Positions 11,851 to 24,600 of a stretch of DNA of 64,000 nucleotides are shown here, piece after piece (within the stretch, counting starts at the first letter, position 1; each line of letters opens with the position of its first letter). The notes under the pieces are model-generated. The model did no database searches and had not been told where the DNA came from. It saw only the letters and a program-made list of their open reading frames with translations. The stretch is from Vicugna vicugna (Eukaryota). The DNA lies in NCBI GenBank assembly GCA_013265495.1, contig MU058452.1, forward strand, positions 124,001 to 188,000, given 5' to 3'. A program made the translations under genes and the position numbers.

Positions 11851-14056
11851 TTGACGTCTTAACTTTCCTTGGAGCCGTAATACTGCCCTCCTGTCCCGAC
11901 CCCCTCAGGTACCCATCACGGCCACACGATCGCACACTCTGCATTGAGGACTATCAGTCTGTGTGCAAGTGTGTCAACCGTCTGAAATCAACCAACCTCC
12001 CGTCTTCACATTTTCATTATTTTTTTTCTTTAAAAATTACCATAAACTTTCCCACTTAAACTGTCAGTCTTGATTTCCCCCCTGTGTGAGGAAAAGTTCC
12101 TGTACGTTAATTTTGCCTTATTTCTTTGTTTAATTAGACAATCTCTCTTTGGCATCACCCAGGCCTGATTTAAATTTCTTTTTGTCCTCATCTATTGTCT
12201 GTCTTATGGCAATTTCTAGGAACTGTACTAATTTAGGATATCTTTTATCTTGATCAGCCTCATCAAGCGAAGAAGATAATTTTTTTTTTCTTTCTGGAAG
12301 TGTTTGTGAAAATCCTTTTGTATCACTACTTCCTCTTATGGGTTGCTCTTTTGTACTTGTTACTTCATGCCAGTGCTGTTCATGCTAAGAAGGATGCTCT
12401 GAGCAGTGATGCTGGTTTAAGAGACACAGCTCCTATTCCTTTGAAACAGCTGAATTTGAAAGATCCCTGAGTCTCCCCTGAAATTGGTCCCCGTGCCTCT
12501 TTTCACATATATAAGAATTCACTTTTATATTTATGTTGATCAATCCACCAATGGTCTCAAAGTTTACAGACAACGGATTTGGTTTTGTTAGTAACTTCAC
12601 GATGCACGCTTTATTTATTTACTTTTGACTCTTCCTTAATCTTATGTCTTGATTTTCTTAGAAAAAATTTAAAACAGTTCTAAGTGCCCTTTGGAAACAC
12701 AGTGGAATTGGCAGCTCGTCATTCTCACTATTATTGGCAGATTTCAATAGGATGCTCTCATCTGCAGCCTGGGTAGGGCCGGCAGTTCCCTCTGCTGACC
12801 CGTCTCCTGCCTGTGTGCTGCTGGCCCCAGGGCTCTGGATGGAGGTGACACCTGCACGTATGGTGCAGTTTTTAGTCTTCCCTCCTGCCTTTTGCTTGCT
12901 GCCTGCGTGAACCACGGTGGGGTCACGCTTGGACCTTCTGCCCCGTTGCTCTGTTTTCCTTGGCCTTTTGCACTAGTCAGAATAAAATGCCGAGTCTCCC
13001 GTGGATCAAAGAAAAGGGGAGAAAGGGGCTTCTCCATTTTTACCCACACCTATGACGCACACACACACAGACACACACAATAAAAATAGTAGTAGATGTG
13101 GCTAGTTTTGGACACATGTTTTAGGTCAAATACTTTGTATATGACTATCTACAAGTGTCCCTGGAGCCCCCTAAACCAGGCAGGAATTATCGTGGGTCAG
13201 TGTGTTGAGTTGATTCCCAAGCTTTGGACGCCACTCAGACAGGCGCAGCTGAGCTCACCGGGCGAAGTGTGGAGAGCAGCCTGGAGAGTCCGCCACTCAC
13301 TCCTCGGCTGTCTTCACGTCTTACGGCACATTCTCCCGCCCCTTTGGGATGTTAGACTTCTGCATGTCCCTCCACGTGGAAAAATATGCTTCCTGGAGTC
13401 TCTGTCCTTTGCAAAGTCCTGAACAGCTGTGTTCACCCTTGTGGCTCCAGTACGCCCCAACGTCTCACCTAAGCTCGTGACTGGAATACCCCGAGTCTCC
13501 TAAACTCACCCTGTGCTTATTCGTGGAGGGTTAACATGGTATCTGTCCTCCATCTTTCCCTGCTTCTCTTCTCAGTCACCCAAGACAGAAACCAGGAGGC
13601 ACCCTCAGTTCATCTCTCCCTGCAAGTCTCCCACCAGGCTGGTCCATGGGTCTCGTAAGACTGATGAGAGCAAACTAGGCCCCCATGTTCCCAGCATTCA
13701 GGTCCCAGCTGCCTCGTGTTGGAACAAATGTTGTAACTTCATTCACCGGCCTCTCTGCCCTGGGTCTCACAGCCCTGATTCTGCCTCTGTATGGCAGTCA
13801 GAGGGACGCTTCTAAATTAGGGAACTAACCATCTCACTCTGGAGAAAAAAATTAAGAAATGCTATGGAGAATACATCCTGGCCCAATCACACAGCCCTGG
13901 GGGCCTGAGTCCTCTCAGCTTACTTTATCAGACCTAGCTCCCAGCCCCACCCCCTTGGCATCTTCTGGGAGCTCCTGGGGGCTGAACCTCCAGCATCGCA
14001 AGCGACGTTCTCATGCTGCCCCCCGCCTTCACCCTACACGGGCCAGAGACACCCAG

Positions 14057-14057
<1 letters not shown>

Positions 14058-14101
<44 letters not shown>
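14058..14101. repeat. (CA)22 microsatellite
   Basis: Perfect dinucleotide run. Confidence 0.98.
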
Positions 14102-14106
<5 letters not shown>

Positions 14107-15204
14107 CCCACGTGTGCTTCTCTGGGCTACCTGCTGTGTGGCTCCGTTTTTGGATTTATCACTCATGATGGTAATGACTTATTCATCTGTCCCTCCTTTC
14201 TCTTTCTTCAAGAAAGCAAGCTCCTTGAGGACAAACAACATGTCTTTCTCTCAAGGTCCCCAGCTCCTTGCCCGGGCAGGTCCATGATCATTTTTGTAGG
14301 ATGGTTGGTGTGTCAAACTCCAGGGGTTGGGGAGAGCGTATGTTTCTTTGTGGGACCTCGGCATCATCTACTTCTTGAGAAACGGCTGCAAGGGGAGAGA
14401 TGGCCCCAGCCTCCCCTCTCCCCCCCATCGCAGAAGGACCGTGATGGCTCTCCGAGACACACTCCTCCTGCGTGAAAACATTCCCCTCTCATCGCTTGGC
14501 CTCAAACAGGCATTTCTCAGCCCCTGAGTGGCTCCGGCCATCACCAGTCAATTGTCATTGTGGAAACACTGGAGGATTTTTGAAAACCCTCTCAGAACTT
14601 GGGAGCAGCAAGAAGCAGACAGCGCGTGATTGCACTGGGATTCCAGAGCCAACCTCAGCTCCCTGGCCGAGGCCCCGCGCCAGGCTTCGGCGCTCAGCGA
14701 AGACAGAACAGCCTTTTGAAGTGTTGCAGATTTAAAACAGGGAATCAGTTAACATCTCCCTAAGCAGCCAGCAGTGGGAACAAGGAACGTGGTTGATAAT
14801 GGGGAGATGCTGGGAGAATGGCCGAGCCTCTGCCTCCCCTGATAAAGCAGGCGGCAAAGCAGAAATTAAAATGAGGGGACTGGGGAGTGGCAAAGCCACT
14901 CTCATTAAAAGAGCGGCAGGCACGGGGGTGTTTTGTATCGGGAAATCAGGCGTGAGGTTGGCAGGCCTTAGGAAGACTTGTTCTGGCATTTCCTGGTTGG
15001 TCCTTGTGATGGAAATCAGATTGCTCTCACAGCCCAAGTACCTCTCTCTGACTTCTCCGGATGGATATGAAGGTAACTCTGCACAGGAGAGGAGGCGGCA
15101 TGGGTCCTGGGATGAGGGTCTCTTTGTGCATTTCACTCCTTTTCACGTTTTCCATTCACTGATGTCAGTATCACCCATGATTAGGGTGCGTATCATTCCT
15201 GATA

Positions 15205-15560
15205 CAGGCAGCAGTGAGAGGTGACAAGATCAAGGACCTCAAGTTTGAATTCAAACCCAACTTTAAATCCAATTCTTGTGGGAAAGTGTATAGCTTGGTG
15301 GTACTGTATGTGTTTAGAATGCACGAGGTCCTGGGTTCAATTCCCAGTACCTCCAGTAAAAATAAAGAAATGCATAAATAAATAAATACCTAATTCCTAA
15401 AATAAATCCAGGCTTGTACCTTATCTGAGTTCATAAGCAAAACATTTAACTTCTTTAAACCTTAAATTTCTGATGTGTCCAATGGGAAAAAATAATACTG
15501 AATTCATAGGATTGTGAGGAGGAAAAACAAAAAAATCTACTGTAAAGACACTCAGCTCTG
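15205..15560 (+). mobile_element. MIR interrupted by a Vic-1-like SINE
   Basis: 'tttgaattcaaaccc' on the left. 'tttaacttctttaaaccttaaatttctgatgtgtccaatgggaaaaaataatac...tcataggattgtgagga' on the right. Confidence 0.55.
15279..15403 (+). mobile_element. Vic-1-like tRNA-derived SINE (camelid)
   Basis: tRNA-like head 'gtatagcttggtggta...gcacgaggtcctgggttcaattcccagtacctcc', a (TAAA)n tail, and degenerate flanking repeats taaatcca..cttgt. Confidence 0.85.
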
Positions 15561-16622
15561 GTCAAGTTTTTTTATTGTGAATTTAAGCCCATCATATGAT
15601 ATCAGTATTCAAGGTGGTTGGAAAGTCTTAGCTATCTTTCCAGTCTTTTTTTTTTCTCTCTGAAATGTAGGCTCATTAAAAAAAAAAAAATGCCCGTGAT
15701 TCACAACCACAAAAATCACCATCAAGCATTTTCACATTAGCCCAAAGAGCTCAAATCCGATGCTATCATACTGAAATAAACTGTTAGACTGGCAGGGTGG
15801 CCATGAGAGTGGTGGGAAAGTTCCGTGGAACTATCCCTTGCTGAGTATGAGAATTATTAATGAGCAGATTAATGTATTCATGTATAATTAGAAACCATTT
15901 CACTCACTTCAGAGGGAGAATTTCACGAAACCTACAAGGGGGTGTTCCATTACCACTGTGTGCTGGTCTCACAGAAACGCTGCTGCCTGGGTTTGCTGAT
16001 TAAATGAACAGTGGGCTGGAAGTAACCAGTTTTCTACCCAAAACATAGTAGCTCCCCCATGAATACAGGTGCCACTGTCCAGACTAAAATTAAAGATCAA
16101 ATGACTAGCTGCAGTGGGTACTGACAGGCTAGGATCAAAGTCTAGAAATGTCATGCTACCATGACTCCCAGGACCTGACGGCAAAGACCCAGGACTGTCA
16201 CCAGTAAGACTCAGCCTCCTACAGACGAGGGCAAATACCGTTTTCCAGACTAATTAATTTCCCGTTTCCCTAATACAGATGTACTTAGTGTACTGTGCGC
16301 TCTTTGTTCGGTTGAATTAGTTTTTACAATCTGCTCAAAATGTGTTTACGACAGAGAATCATTATAGGAATAATTTCTTTTCCGTTTCAGCTTGCGTTTC
16401 TTCCCCCCTCTTTCTTTCTCTCTGTCTTTACTCTGACATGCGCTTCCCTCTGTTAAATAGATCAACTGGGTTGAGCCTTCCAAATTTCTTCCACGTTCAT
16501 TTTCTCATCTCCTCAGTCTCCTTCCCTTGCCCATCTCTTTATCAAGAAAAGTAACTTTGTTTCCTTCAAGAGTTCACCAACTGACTAACATACATGAGTT
16601 AAAGTCTTATGGACTCCCTTTA

Positions 16623-16820
16623 TTTATTTATTTTAACATTTTTTATTGATTTATAATCATTTTACAATGTGTCAAATTCCAATGTAGAGCACAATTTTTC
16701 AGTTATACGTGAACATATATATATATATTGTCACCTTTTTTTCTCTGTGAGCTACCGCAAGATCTTGTGTATATTTCCCTGTGCTATACAGTATAATTGT
16801 TTATCTATTCTACAATTTTA
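16623..16820 (-). mobile_element. Young 5'-truncated L1 3' UTR with perfect TSD
   Basis: T-rich tail then L1 3' UTR sequence. 12-bp TSD ggactcccttta at 16611-16622 and 16821-16832. Confidence 0.85.
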
Positions 16821-17024
16821 GGACTCCCTTTAAATGAGCTAGCCCGTAAATATTTCTTGAAGATTTTCTTTATCAAACGCCTTATTAGGTACCCAGGACA
16901 GAGAAATAGAACTTGTGAGGGTTGTTACTCCCAAGGAAACCAAATACACAATATTAAAAATTAAAAAGAGGCCCACATGCCAGGAGGCATTCATGGACTC
17001 AAAACTTGCTCAACTATCCTGTAT

Positions 17025-17215
17025 TTTTTTAAATAAAATTTTTAGAATTGTTAAAGACACATAAGAAATTACAAAATAGCACAGGAAGTACCCCTGTATC
17101 AGCTTTCTCCAATAAAAAGTCATAAGTACTCATAATAGATTTAAAAAAACAGGAAATTGACAATGGTATATACTACTTACTCCAATACAAACTTTATCTG
17201 CTTGACTATTTTAGT
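17025..17215 (-). mobile_element. Old L1M (L1MB/MC-type) 3' fragment
   Basis: 'aagaaattacaaaatagcacagg...aggaaattgacaatggtatatactact...acaaactttat'. Confidence 0.55.
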
Positions 17216-17248
17216 GCTTTGAGCCTCAAAAAGAGTGTCCTGCACAGA

Positions 17249-17468
17249 CAAGTTTCTCAACTGGAGGTGATTTTGTTGCCCAGGGGATATTTGGCAATTT
17301 CTAGAGACATTTTCGGTTCTCACAACTGGGATATGAGATGATGTCACTGGCATCTACTGAGTAAAGGCTGAGGATGTTTCTAAACATCCTGCAGTACATG
17401 AGACAGTTCCCACAACAAAGAGTTTTCTAGTCCAAAATGTCCAGAGTGCCAAGGCCAGGAAACCCCAC
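17249..17468 (+). mobile_element. MER20 hAT-Charlie DNA transposon
   Basis: 'ttctcaactggaggtgattttg...ggggatatttggcaatttctagagacatttt...taaacatcctgcagtacatgagacag...caaaatgtccagagtgccaagg'. Confidence 0.9.
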
Positions 17469-17484
17469 TTTAGAGGAATGTAAG

Positions 17485-17849
17485 CCTTAAAAAATGCTAT
17501 TTACAAATCAAAAACACACTCATAGACATAGAAAACAAACTATGGTCACCAAAGGAGAAAGGGCAGGGAGGGATAAATTAGGGGCTGGGGATTCACAGAC
17601 ACACATTACTGTATATAAAACATATAAACAACAAGGACCTACTGTGTAGCACAGGGAACTATATTCAGTTTCTTGCAATAATCTATAATGGAAAATAATC
17701 TGAAAAGAAAATATGTATGTATTTATATACGTAACTGAATCACTTGGCCGTATACCTGAAACTAACATTGTAAATCTACTACACTTTAAAAAAATTTTTT
17801 TAAATAAATTAAATAAAGCCAATGTCTTTATGCTCCCCCCCCTCAAAAA
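17485..17849 (+). mobile_element. Truncated artiodactyl-type L1 3' UTR with TSD and extra 3' segment
   Basis: 'catagacatagaaaacaaactatggtcaccaaagg...caacaaggacctactgtgtagcacagggaactatattc'. TSD agaggaatgta(a/g)g at 17472-17484 and 17850-17862. Confidence 0.85.
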
Positions 17850-18254
17850 AGAGGAATGTAGGTCTCAGAGCAGATCACTTTTCACTTTGTCACGTCAACA
17901 CCATTTAAACCAGGTGGTTCAAACTCAGATATGGACTGTGGGCAGCCACATAATGATCAGGAGTGCAGCAGACTGGGCGAGATGCGTGGAGAACTGGGAA
18001 ACACGTGCTCTGTCCACAGGAGCAGCTCGTGGTCAGCTCAGGTGAGACCCTTCCATGACAAAGCACCAGCCAACTTCGCTGAGTCATCCGATGTCTCCCT
18101 TTTGGAGCCAAACATTTGGATTTTGAAACAGGGGCTCTTGAGCTGAATTTTCAAATAAAACCCAGAGCCCTGCTGTGTTTGTGAGGACATTGAGACAACC
18201 CGTACTGCCTGGTTGCACACTTGGATCCCTTGGTTAAGTAAGGTGGGGGGGTCA

Positions 18255-18430
18255 CTGGTTAACTGTGGGCTTTTGCAAAGTGGCCCATCTTTCAGCCTCA
18301 GTTTCTCCAAGAGTAGAATAGAAATTGTATGTACCTCATAAGATCGTTTTGAGAATCACATAAAATAAAACGTGTGAAGAGCTTGGTCCTCTCCTTTGGG
18401 CGAGACAGGTGCCTAATAGTTGCGCTCCAA
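18255..18430 (+). mobile_element. MIR SINE
   Basis: 'cagcctcagtttctcc...gtacctcataagatcgttttgagaatcacataaaataaaacgtgtgaagagcttgg'. Confidence 0.6.
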
Positions 18431-19424
18431 TAAGAGAAACTACAGTTTGTGAAGACGTCAAGCTTTTGTTTTTTTTAAGCATCTTGTTCGCTGCTCATGG
18501 CTGGTGAGTCACCAACACCTTGCGACAGGCTGAGCTCTTCACCCAGGGGGAACCCAATAGCTTATACGAACGGTAAGAACTCACATTCACGTGGCACCTC
18601 ATTTGCTGTACCCCGAGTGCGTCTCCTACCTTTGAAATAGAATCTCCCGATGCTCATTTTCACCAACATCCCATACTTCTTCGAGTTTACTGAAAAGTAC
18701 ATTTGATTTAGGGCAAGCATTTCTAATTGGACCGTTTTGATTGAATCAGACAGCAGTGTAAGTGACTAGACTATGTCAAAACTCTGCTGAATTCATAGGT
18801 GTATGGGCTCAAAATGGACATGCAGGTCTATGTCACTCGCCGATCCCTTGGGACACTTGTCACATCTCTAAGCATTACATCTATTTTTGCTTCACTCCAG
18901 AGGTGAGCTGTGTGTGCTCCCATGGGTGTTCCAGCTAAACTCAGCCTTCCCTGGACTTATCTTTTGTTGACTCATGTGTGGCATCACTGTTGTCATTAGC
19001 TGCATCTACTTTGCTCTATTTTCCGCAAGGAAAACTTAGAAATATAGGATTGTTGCTTATCCCCCAGATCCAGAGGGAATCTCTGACCCACACTGTCTTG
19101 GAATAACCAAGCTGTGGGACACAGGGGCAATGTTAGAGCCAAAGTTATAATCTGGCCAAACCCTGCCCGTGGGTTTGGGCTATGCATGTATATTTTTCAC
19201 TTTATAATTTTTCAAATGTCAAATTGGATTGATTACTTTTTGGTAAATAACAAAATACTTATAAAAGTAAAGTGCCTAAAATTGCCTCAGTGGGGGCGGG
19301 TGATGGCTGTTTTATTTATAGTTGAGTACCAAGGTTAAGGCATTTGGATGAAAAAAACACCCCCTTATATTTCTTAATTTCTCTTAATAGTATCTTTATC
19401 AGTATAGATGAACTTGGAGGATGG

Positions 19425-19790
19425 ATTGGTAAGGATAGGTTGGGGTATGCTATGGTAACAAAGAATCCAACAATCTCAGTGACTTGAAAACAATGAGGAT
19501 TGACTTCTGTCTCATCCTTCATGTCCAAGGAATACTGGCCAGGAGGGGAGGCGTTTTCTTATGTTCTCAGGGGCCCTGGTGGATTGAAGCTTCACCATCT
19601 GATGACTTCGTTATCTCAATGCCAGATTTCAGGAGAGGAAAACTTAGAGTCACACACTGCCTTTTAAAGGCTTTCCACTCTGATGTGACCCACTTCAGCT
19701 CACTTTTTGTTGGCCAAAGCAATCACGTGGTGCATGTGACGTCTTAGAGAAGAATGACAGACAGAGACCTTGATGAGCCCAAGTACTGTA
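19425..19790 (-). mobile_element. MLT1K/L-type MaLR LTR
   Basis: 'ggtatgctatggtaacaaagaatccaacaatctcagtgacttgaaaacaa...cacttcagctcactttttgttggccaaagcaatcacgtgg'. Confidence 0.7.
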
Positions 19791-19928
19791 AGTATCTCCA
19801 GGATCTCAGTAACGGGACCTACCTTACATAGTATCCATTACATATAATATATATTAAATATAACACATCTATTATATATAACATATTACATATTGTATAT
19901 TTGTTACAGTTGACATATTTATGTAGAT

Positions 19929-21640
19929 AGTGCTCCATGAGTCAAGTCAGTTGGGGAAACAGTCTATAATATATTCCTCACCTAGACATTTACTCTACAA
20001 AGCAAATCAGCGAACACACTGAACCCCCTTAGTGTTTTCTTAGGCAGTTTCATTGAGGTGTAATTTATACAATACGGTATTCACCAATTTTAAGTGAACA
20101 ATGTGATGATTTTTAGTAGGTTTGCAGTGACCATCACAACCAATTCTTGGAACATTTTCACCACCCCGAATGATCCCTGATGGCTATTTGCAGTCAGTCG
20201 ATCCCTGCCCTCACCCATAGAGGCAGCCAACAAATAGCCTGCTGTCTGTTGCTATAGACTTGCCTCTTCTAGAACTTCAATATAAATGGAATTATGCAAT
20301 ATATAGTCTTTTTTTTGTTGCTTGGCTTCACTTAGCATAATGAGATTCCTAACTATTATTTCGTGTAGCAGTAGTTCTTTGTTTTTGTGGCTGAATAATG
20401 TTCAGGTGTATGAAACATGTTTACTACCATTCATGGGAGAATGAGGTTTTCAGTTCTTCTACAACCTCGCCAACCATCGTCACTGCCCGTCTTTTAATTA
20501 CAGCCATCCTCATGGGCGTGAGATGGTATTTCATTGATTTTAATTTGCATTTTCTAGACAACCAACAATGATGATTAACTTTTCATGCCTACGAATGGCT
20601 CGTACATTCTCTTTGGTGAAATGTCTTTTTATGAGGATTGATATTATTTCTTTAAATACCTGACAGACTTCTCCAGAAGAACCCTCTCTATCTAAGATTT
20701 CTTTGTGCAACATTTTTCATCACTCCTATCACTTCTTTATGGATCTTTAGATCTTCTGTTCCTTTCCGGAAATAGTTTTGGAAATTTGCGTCCATTTCAT
20801 TTATGTTGTCTAAGTTTTTAGCACAAACTTTTAGGAGTACACACTTTAAATCTTCACTTTCATAGGGCTGGTAGTGATGTCTCTTCTTGTATTCTTGATA
20901 TTTGATAACTCATGGTTTCCTCTTTTTTTTTTTTCTATTTAGTCTAGCTACAAATTTGTCAATTTTGGTGATCTTTTCAAAGAACCAACAGCTTCACTGA
21001 CAAAGAGAACTGACTTGAAGTGGAACGTGGACAAGCTCTCCGTATAGAGACTTCACTGGCAAGCAAAGGGAGAAGCCCAGCATTTCAGGGAACTGAGCTT
21101 GCATTCTGGTTGAGGCACACAAGAAGATGTCAACCAGAAATTTACCACTAAGAGCCAGGGAATAAGACAGGCATAGTGAGCATTGAAAAGTACCCACCTA
21201 ACCCTGGCTGTCTGGATGGCTGCACACCTGCTCAAATTCGCTTTGTTGGTGACGTTGTTGGTTTTCATGGCTTCCTCACACTAATAGAATGATGGAAACT
21301 GAGGTGGAGGGGATCCAAGCAGCCTCAGGAGAAAACGCTGCTCTTACGTGAGTTTTAATAGTTTTTCTTTAATACGTGTTTCTCAGTTTGTTGGATGCCC
21401 TTGGTTGAATCCAGAATACCAGAATGATTGTTTTTTGACAATTTCATCCGGCTTCACCATTGATTTTTATGAAGAGGGTTTGCTGGACTTCTTACCCTCT
21501 CATTCAGAACACCTGTCTCCTTATTGCTGTTTTAGCTAACATTTTTCAAGACTTATCTGACAGTAGAACTTTTTATCAAGCAACATCTGTTAGCAGATGT
21601 TGTAGGTAGCACCTCCTGAAGACACTTTAAGAAACACTGA
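19929..21640. mobile_element. Charlie4-like hAT remnant (19929-20030 and 21530-21640) split by an L1 insertion
   Basis: The left part 'gtcaagtcagttggggaaac' and the right part 'acttatctgacagtagaac...gacactttaagaaacactg' resemble consecutive parts of Charlie4a/4z as I recall them. Confidence 0.45.
20035..21000 (-). mobile_element. L1MB-type LINE: 3' UTR plus ORF2 remnants with internal deletions
   Basis: 'ttcattgaggtgtaatttatac...ttcaccaattttaagtgaac', 'gatggtatttcattgattttaatttgcattt' and 'tttgtcaattttggtgatcttttcaaagaaccaacagc'. Confidence 0.8.
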
Positions 21641-24600
21641 CGTGGATAAAATGGACAGAGATGATTTCAGTCTGAATTGTTCTATATACAGTCCACCAAT
21701 CATACCTCAATCCATGCTCATCAACACTTTGAGTGATGGGGAGAAACCAGGAGTAAAGTGCTCTAAATCAGATTGCAACCTGTAGATGAGATCCAGCCTG
21801 CAGACATGAGTTGTTTAAGCCATGCTTAACCTCCAATACGTAGTTGAAAGGTTACACATAGAAATTCAGATTTAGACTTTCTTTGCAGAAAATTTCATCA
21901 CACTACTTCATCCCTATATAGAAAAATTAGTCACTACAAATCACTTTCACTGTACAATCCCTGATGGACTCAGCACATCTAATTTGTTAACTACCTAGAG
22001 TCAGAAGTCACTTGAGTTTGTGGGATCAGCTCTCAGTGAAGCGTTCAGATAATGAAGTTTGTCTCCTCATCTACTGATGCCTCTGATTATGTCTTAGACT
22101 CAGAAGTCACAGGACACTAGCTCAGAGCTTCTTGCTCAAAACCAGACTATGGTGGCCACATTCTCAAGCTTGATTTTCACCAAGACCAGTGGCATGGGTG
22201 TGCAAGATGGCTGGTTACTGTTAATGGTTTTGTCAGTAAAGCAAAGTAGAGCTTTCTGGCTCTCATGGTGATAACTCCCTTCACTTATATTATAAGTCTG
22301 GGCTTGGAGTCCATGGATATGTACATATATTCCTGGACTGAATTTAAATTACAGTCAAGCAAATTTATAAATGCATGCAGTGGGTTGGCGAAAGAGCCTT
22401 GAGTTTCTGTAGAAGGCAGTATCTCTGGTAAGTATCTTAGTAGTCAGGAAGCCCTTCTGAAGAGGTGAGATTTCAGGAGTAATTTTTAGAGTTAAGAGGG
22501 AAAGGTTGGAGGTAAAAGCAGGAAGAGGGTAAAAACATATATGGTACGGCTTAAAAGAAGGCAGGAATGTGGTGAAGAAGCGGGAGGACCAAAGAGTTAT
22601 TGAGAAAAATACTGCAAACAAAAGTGAAAGGGAAAGGCAGCAAGGGGGAAAAAAATACATCTTCAATTTTCCTGAATTCTTTGTGATGAGGAATGCTGGC
22701 AGGCTACTGATCTACATGCCTTTATATAAGGACTCCTTCCCGTTGCCATCCCCACCCTCGCACGCCCCAGGGTCTTCCCCAGAGCCCTAATCCTGCCTTG
22801 AAGACTCAAGAGAATTCCAAAGCTCTGGTCCTGTTAGTAAAGACAGCTGGCTCTCAGTGGGTCTATTATTTTTCCATGAGTGAGTCCCAGATTCGCTCAC
22901 CTTTTCGTTCCTTAGCAGAAATGAATTTCTTTCTTTCCCCAGGTTCACTGCAGAGTAGACTGTAAGAATCTCATGCCTCGCCAAGCCACCGTTACCGTGC
23001 CGAAATCAGTATTAATCACATACAGCTTGATACTGTAATTGAATAGTTTTTTTTACACAGATGATATTAACTGATAAAATATGGCACCCTCACGAGAAAA
23101 CATTACCTTGAAATATTAGCGTTATGATATGTTAATTTCTTTGGAAGATATGACTGCAGATATATGAGCAGAGGTAAATTTTCCAGCACTTCGGCTGACA
23201 AATCCCACGTCAACATCACTCTCAAGAATTTGTATTACTACTTGGCAATGACTTATATGATGATGTATAACAACTTAAGGGGTTTTAAAATGCAGTATTT
23301 TGACTAATGTGGTTTGGTAAATAGCATTTGTGATTAGTCCCTTTTCTCTTTCTCCCCCCCGGTTTCTGTGATACTGACAAAAGCCTGTAATAATAATAAA
23401 AATCTCCTCTCCAAATGGAAAAAGCTCCACTCTGTCACCAGCAGTTCCTGGGAGCACTCCAAGTTCCGTGCAGAGCAGAGGTCTGGGAGACTTGCAAAGT
23501 CAGAGTCACGCTGTATCCTTTCCACATTCGTGCCTCCCATTTCTATCAGGGTGGTTGGTGTCAAGTTCTTGTTTCTAAGAACTTTTGTTATGGTGATTCA
23601 TTCCACATGGACAATATAACATCGAGAGAGGGTCTCAGCCCTCCGTGTTGTCTCCAAGGACTCAGAGGTAAGTCTGTTCTTCTGATGGCCTTAAATACAG
23701 GAATTGCGACACTGTCCCAAGAGAGCTTGGTTCAGAAATGGTACTGGCATCAGAGTTTGGCATCATTCCATAGATGTGTCTACATTCTGTCACTTTGAGA
23801 CACCACTGAAGCCAAAATCGTGATCATTTATAGCCATTTCATTAGCCACAATGAAGAAAAAAAAAAGACTCAGAACCTTTTTTTCCTGGTAATTGAGAAC
23901 AGGAGTGACCTCGTGGGATTTTCCTGGCTCCTACCACCTGTTCTCAAGAGAGGCCACTGTCCAGGTCCTAGTCATCTGCTGGTCCATCTCATTTGGAAGC
24001 TGTTAAATCTCTACCTAGAATTCTTTCACATAAATCCCACCTCTTTTTCTGCTCATATACCTCATCCTGGTGCCCTGACGTCCTCAGAGAATCAGTCTTC
24101 TCATGAGCAGTGCAGCCCAGGCAGAATGGGTGGCCTTCTGTAGCCAAGACGAGGTTCCTGGTAGGCAATAAACACATGCTTCCTACCTTTGAGAGGAAGA
24201 GTCTCCCGGCCTCTCCTGTGTAATCTGCCATGGAAAGTGATCAACACAAGGTATAACACGGCTCAGCCCTGAGCCCTTTGCAGAGGTGTTTCCCACTGGG
24301 GCTCCTGAACACCTGGCACGTGTTGGGTTCTAACACTGTTGCTGCCATTCCCCAGTCTCCAGTGGAACAATGAGCTGGATATTAGTCTGTCTTAAGGAGA
24401 AGCGTCTGGAAGCCGATTGGTAAAATTTCAGTTCCATGTAGGAAAAATGCTCTCAGTCAAGCCCTGCTTGCATAGATCTGTTAGAGCTGCTCCTTGCTGC
24501 TTGCCTTTGTCCCAGGGTCCCCGAGCCTCTGTCCACGTGCTGAACGTGGTGAGCAGAACTTCGTCCTGCGCGCTGAAGCTTGGGATGTGGTACTTTGGAT

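Noticed and set aside
15279..15356. tRNA-like sequence (also 55388-55457)
   Set aside because: A-rich tails, flanking TSD-like repeats and a broken cloverleaf indicate SINEs, not tRNA genes.
18078..18087. Consensus ARE/MARE motif GCTGAGTCAT
   Set aside because: A single isolated motif with no supporting context visible from sequence alone.
21581..21602. Hairpin caacatctg-ttag-cagatgttg
   Set aside because: Only 9-bp arms, inside a DNA-transposon remnant. Compatible with chance or a small local event.
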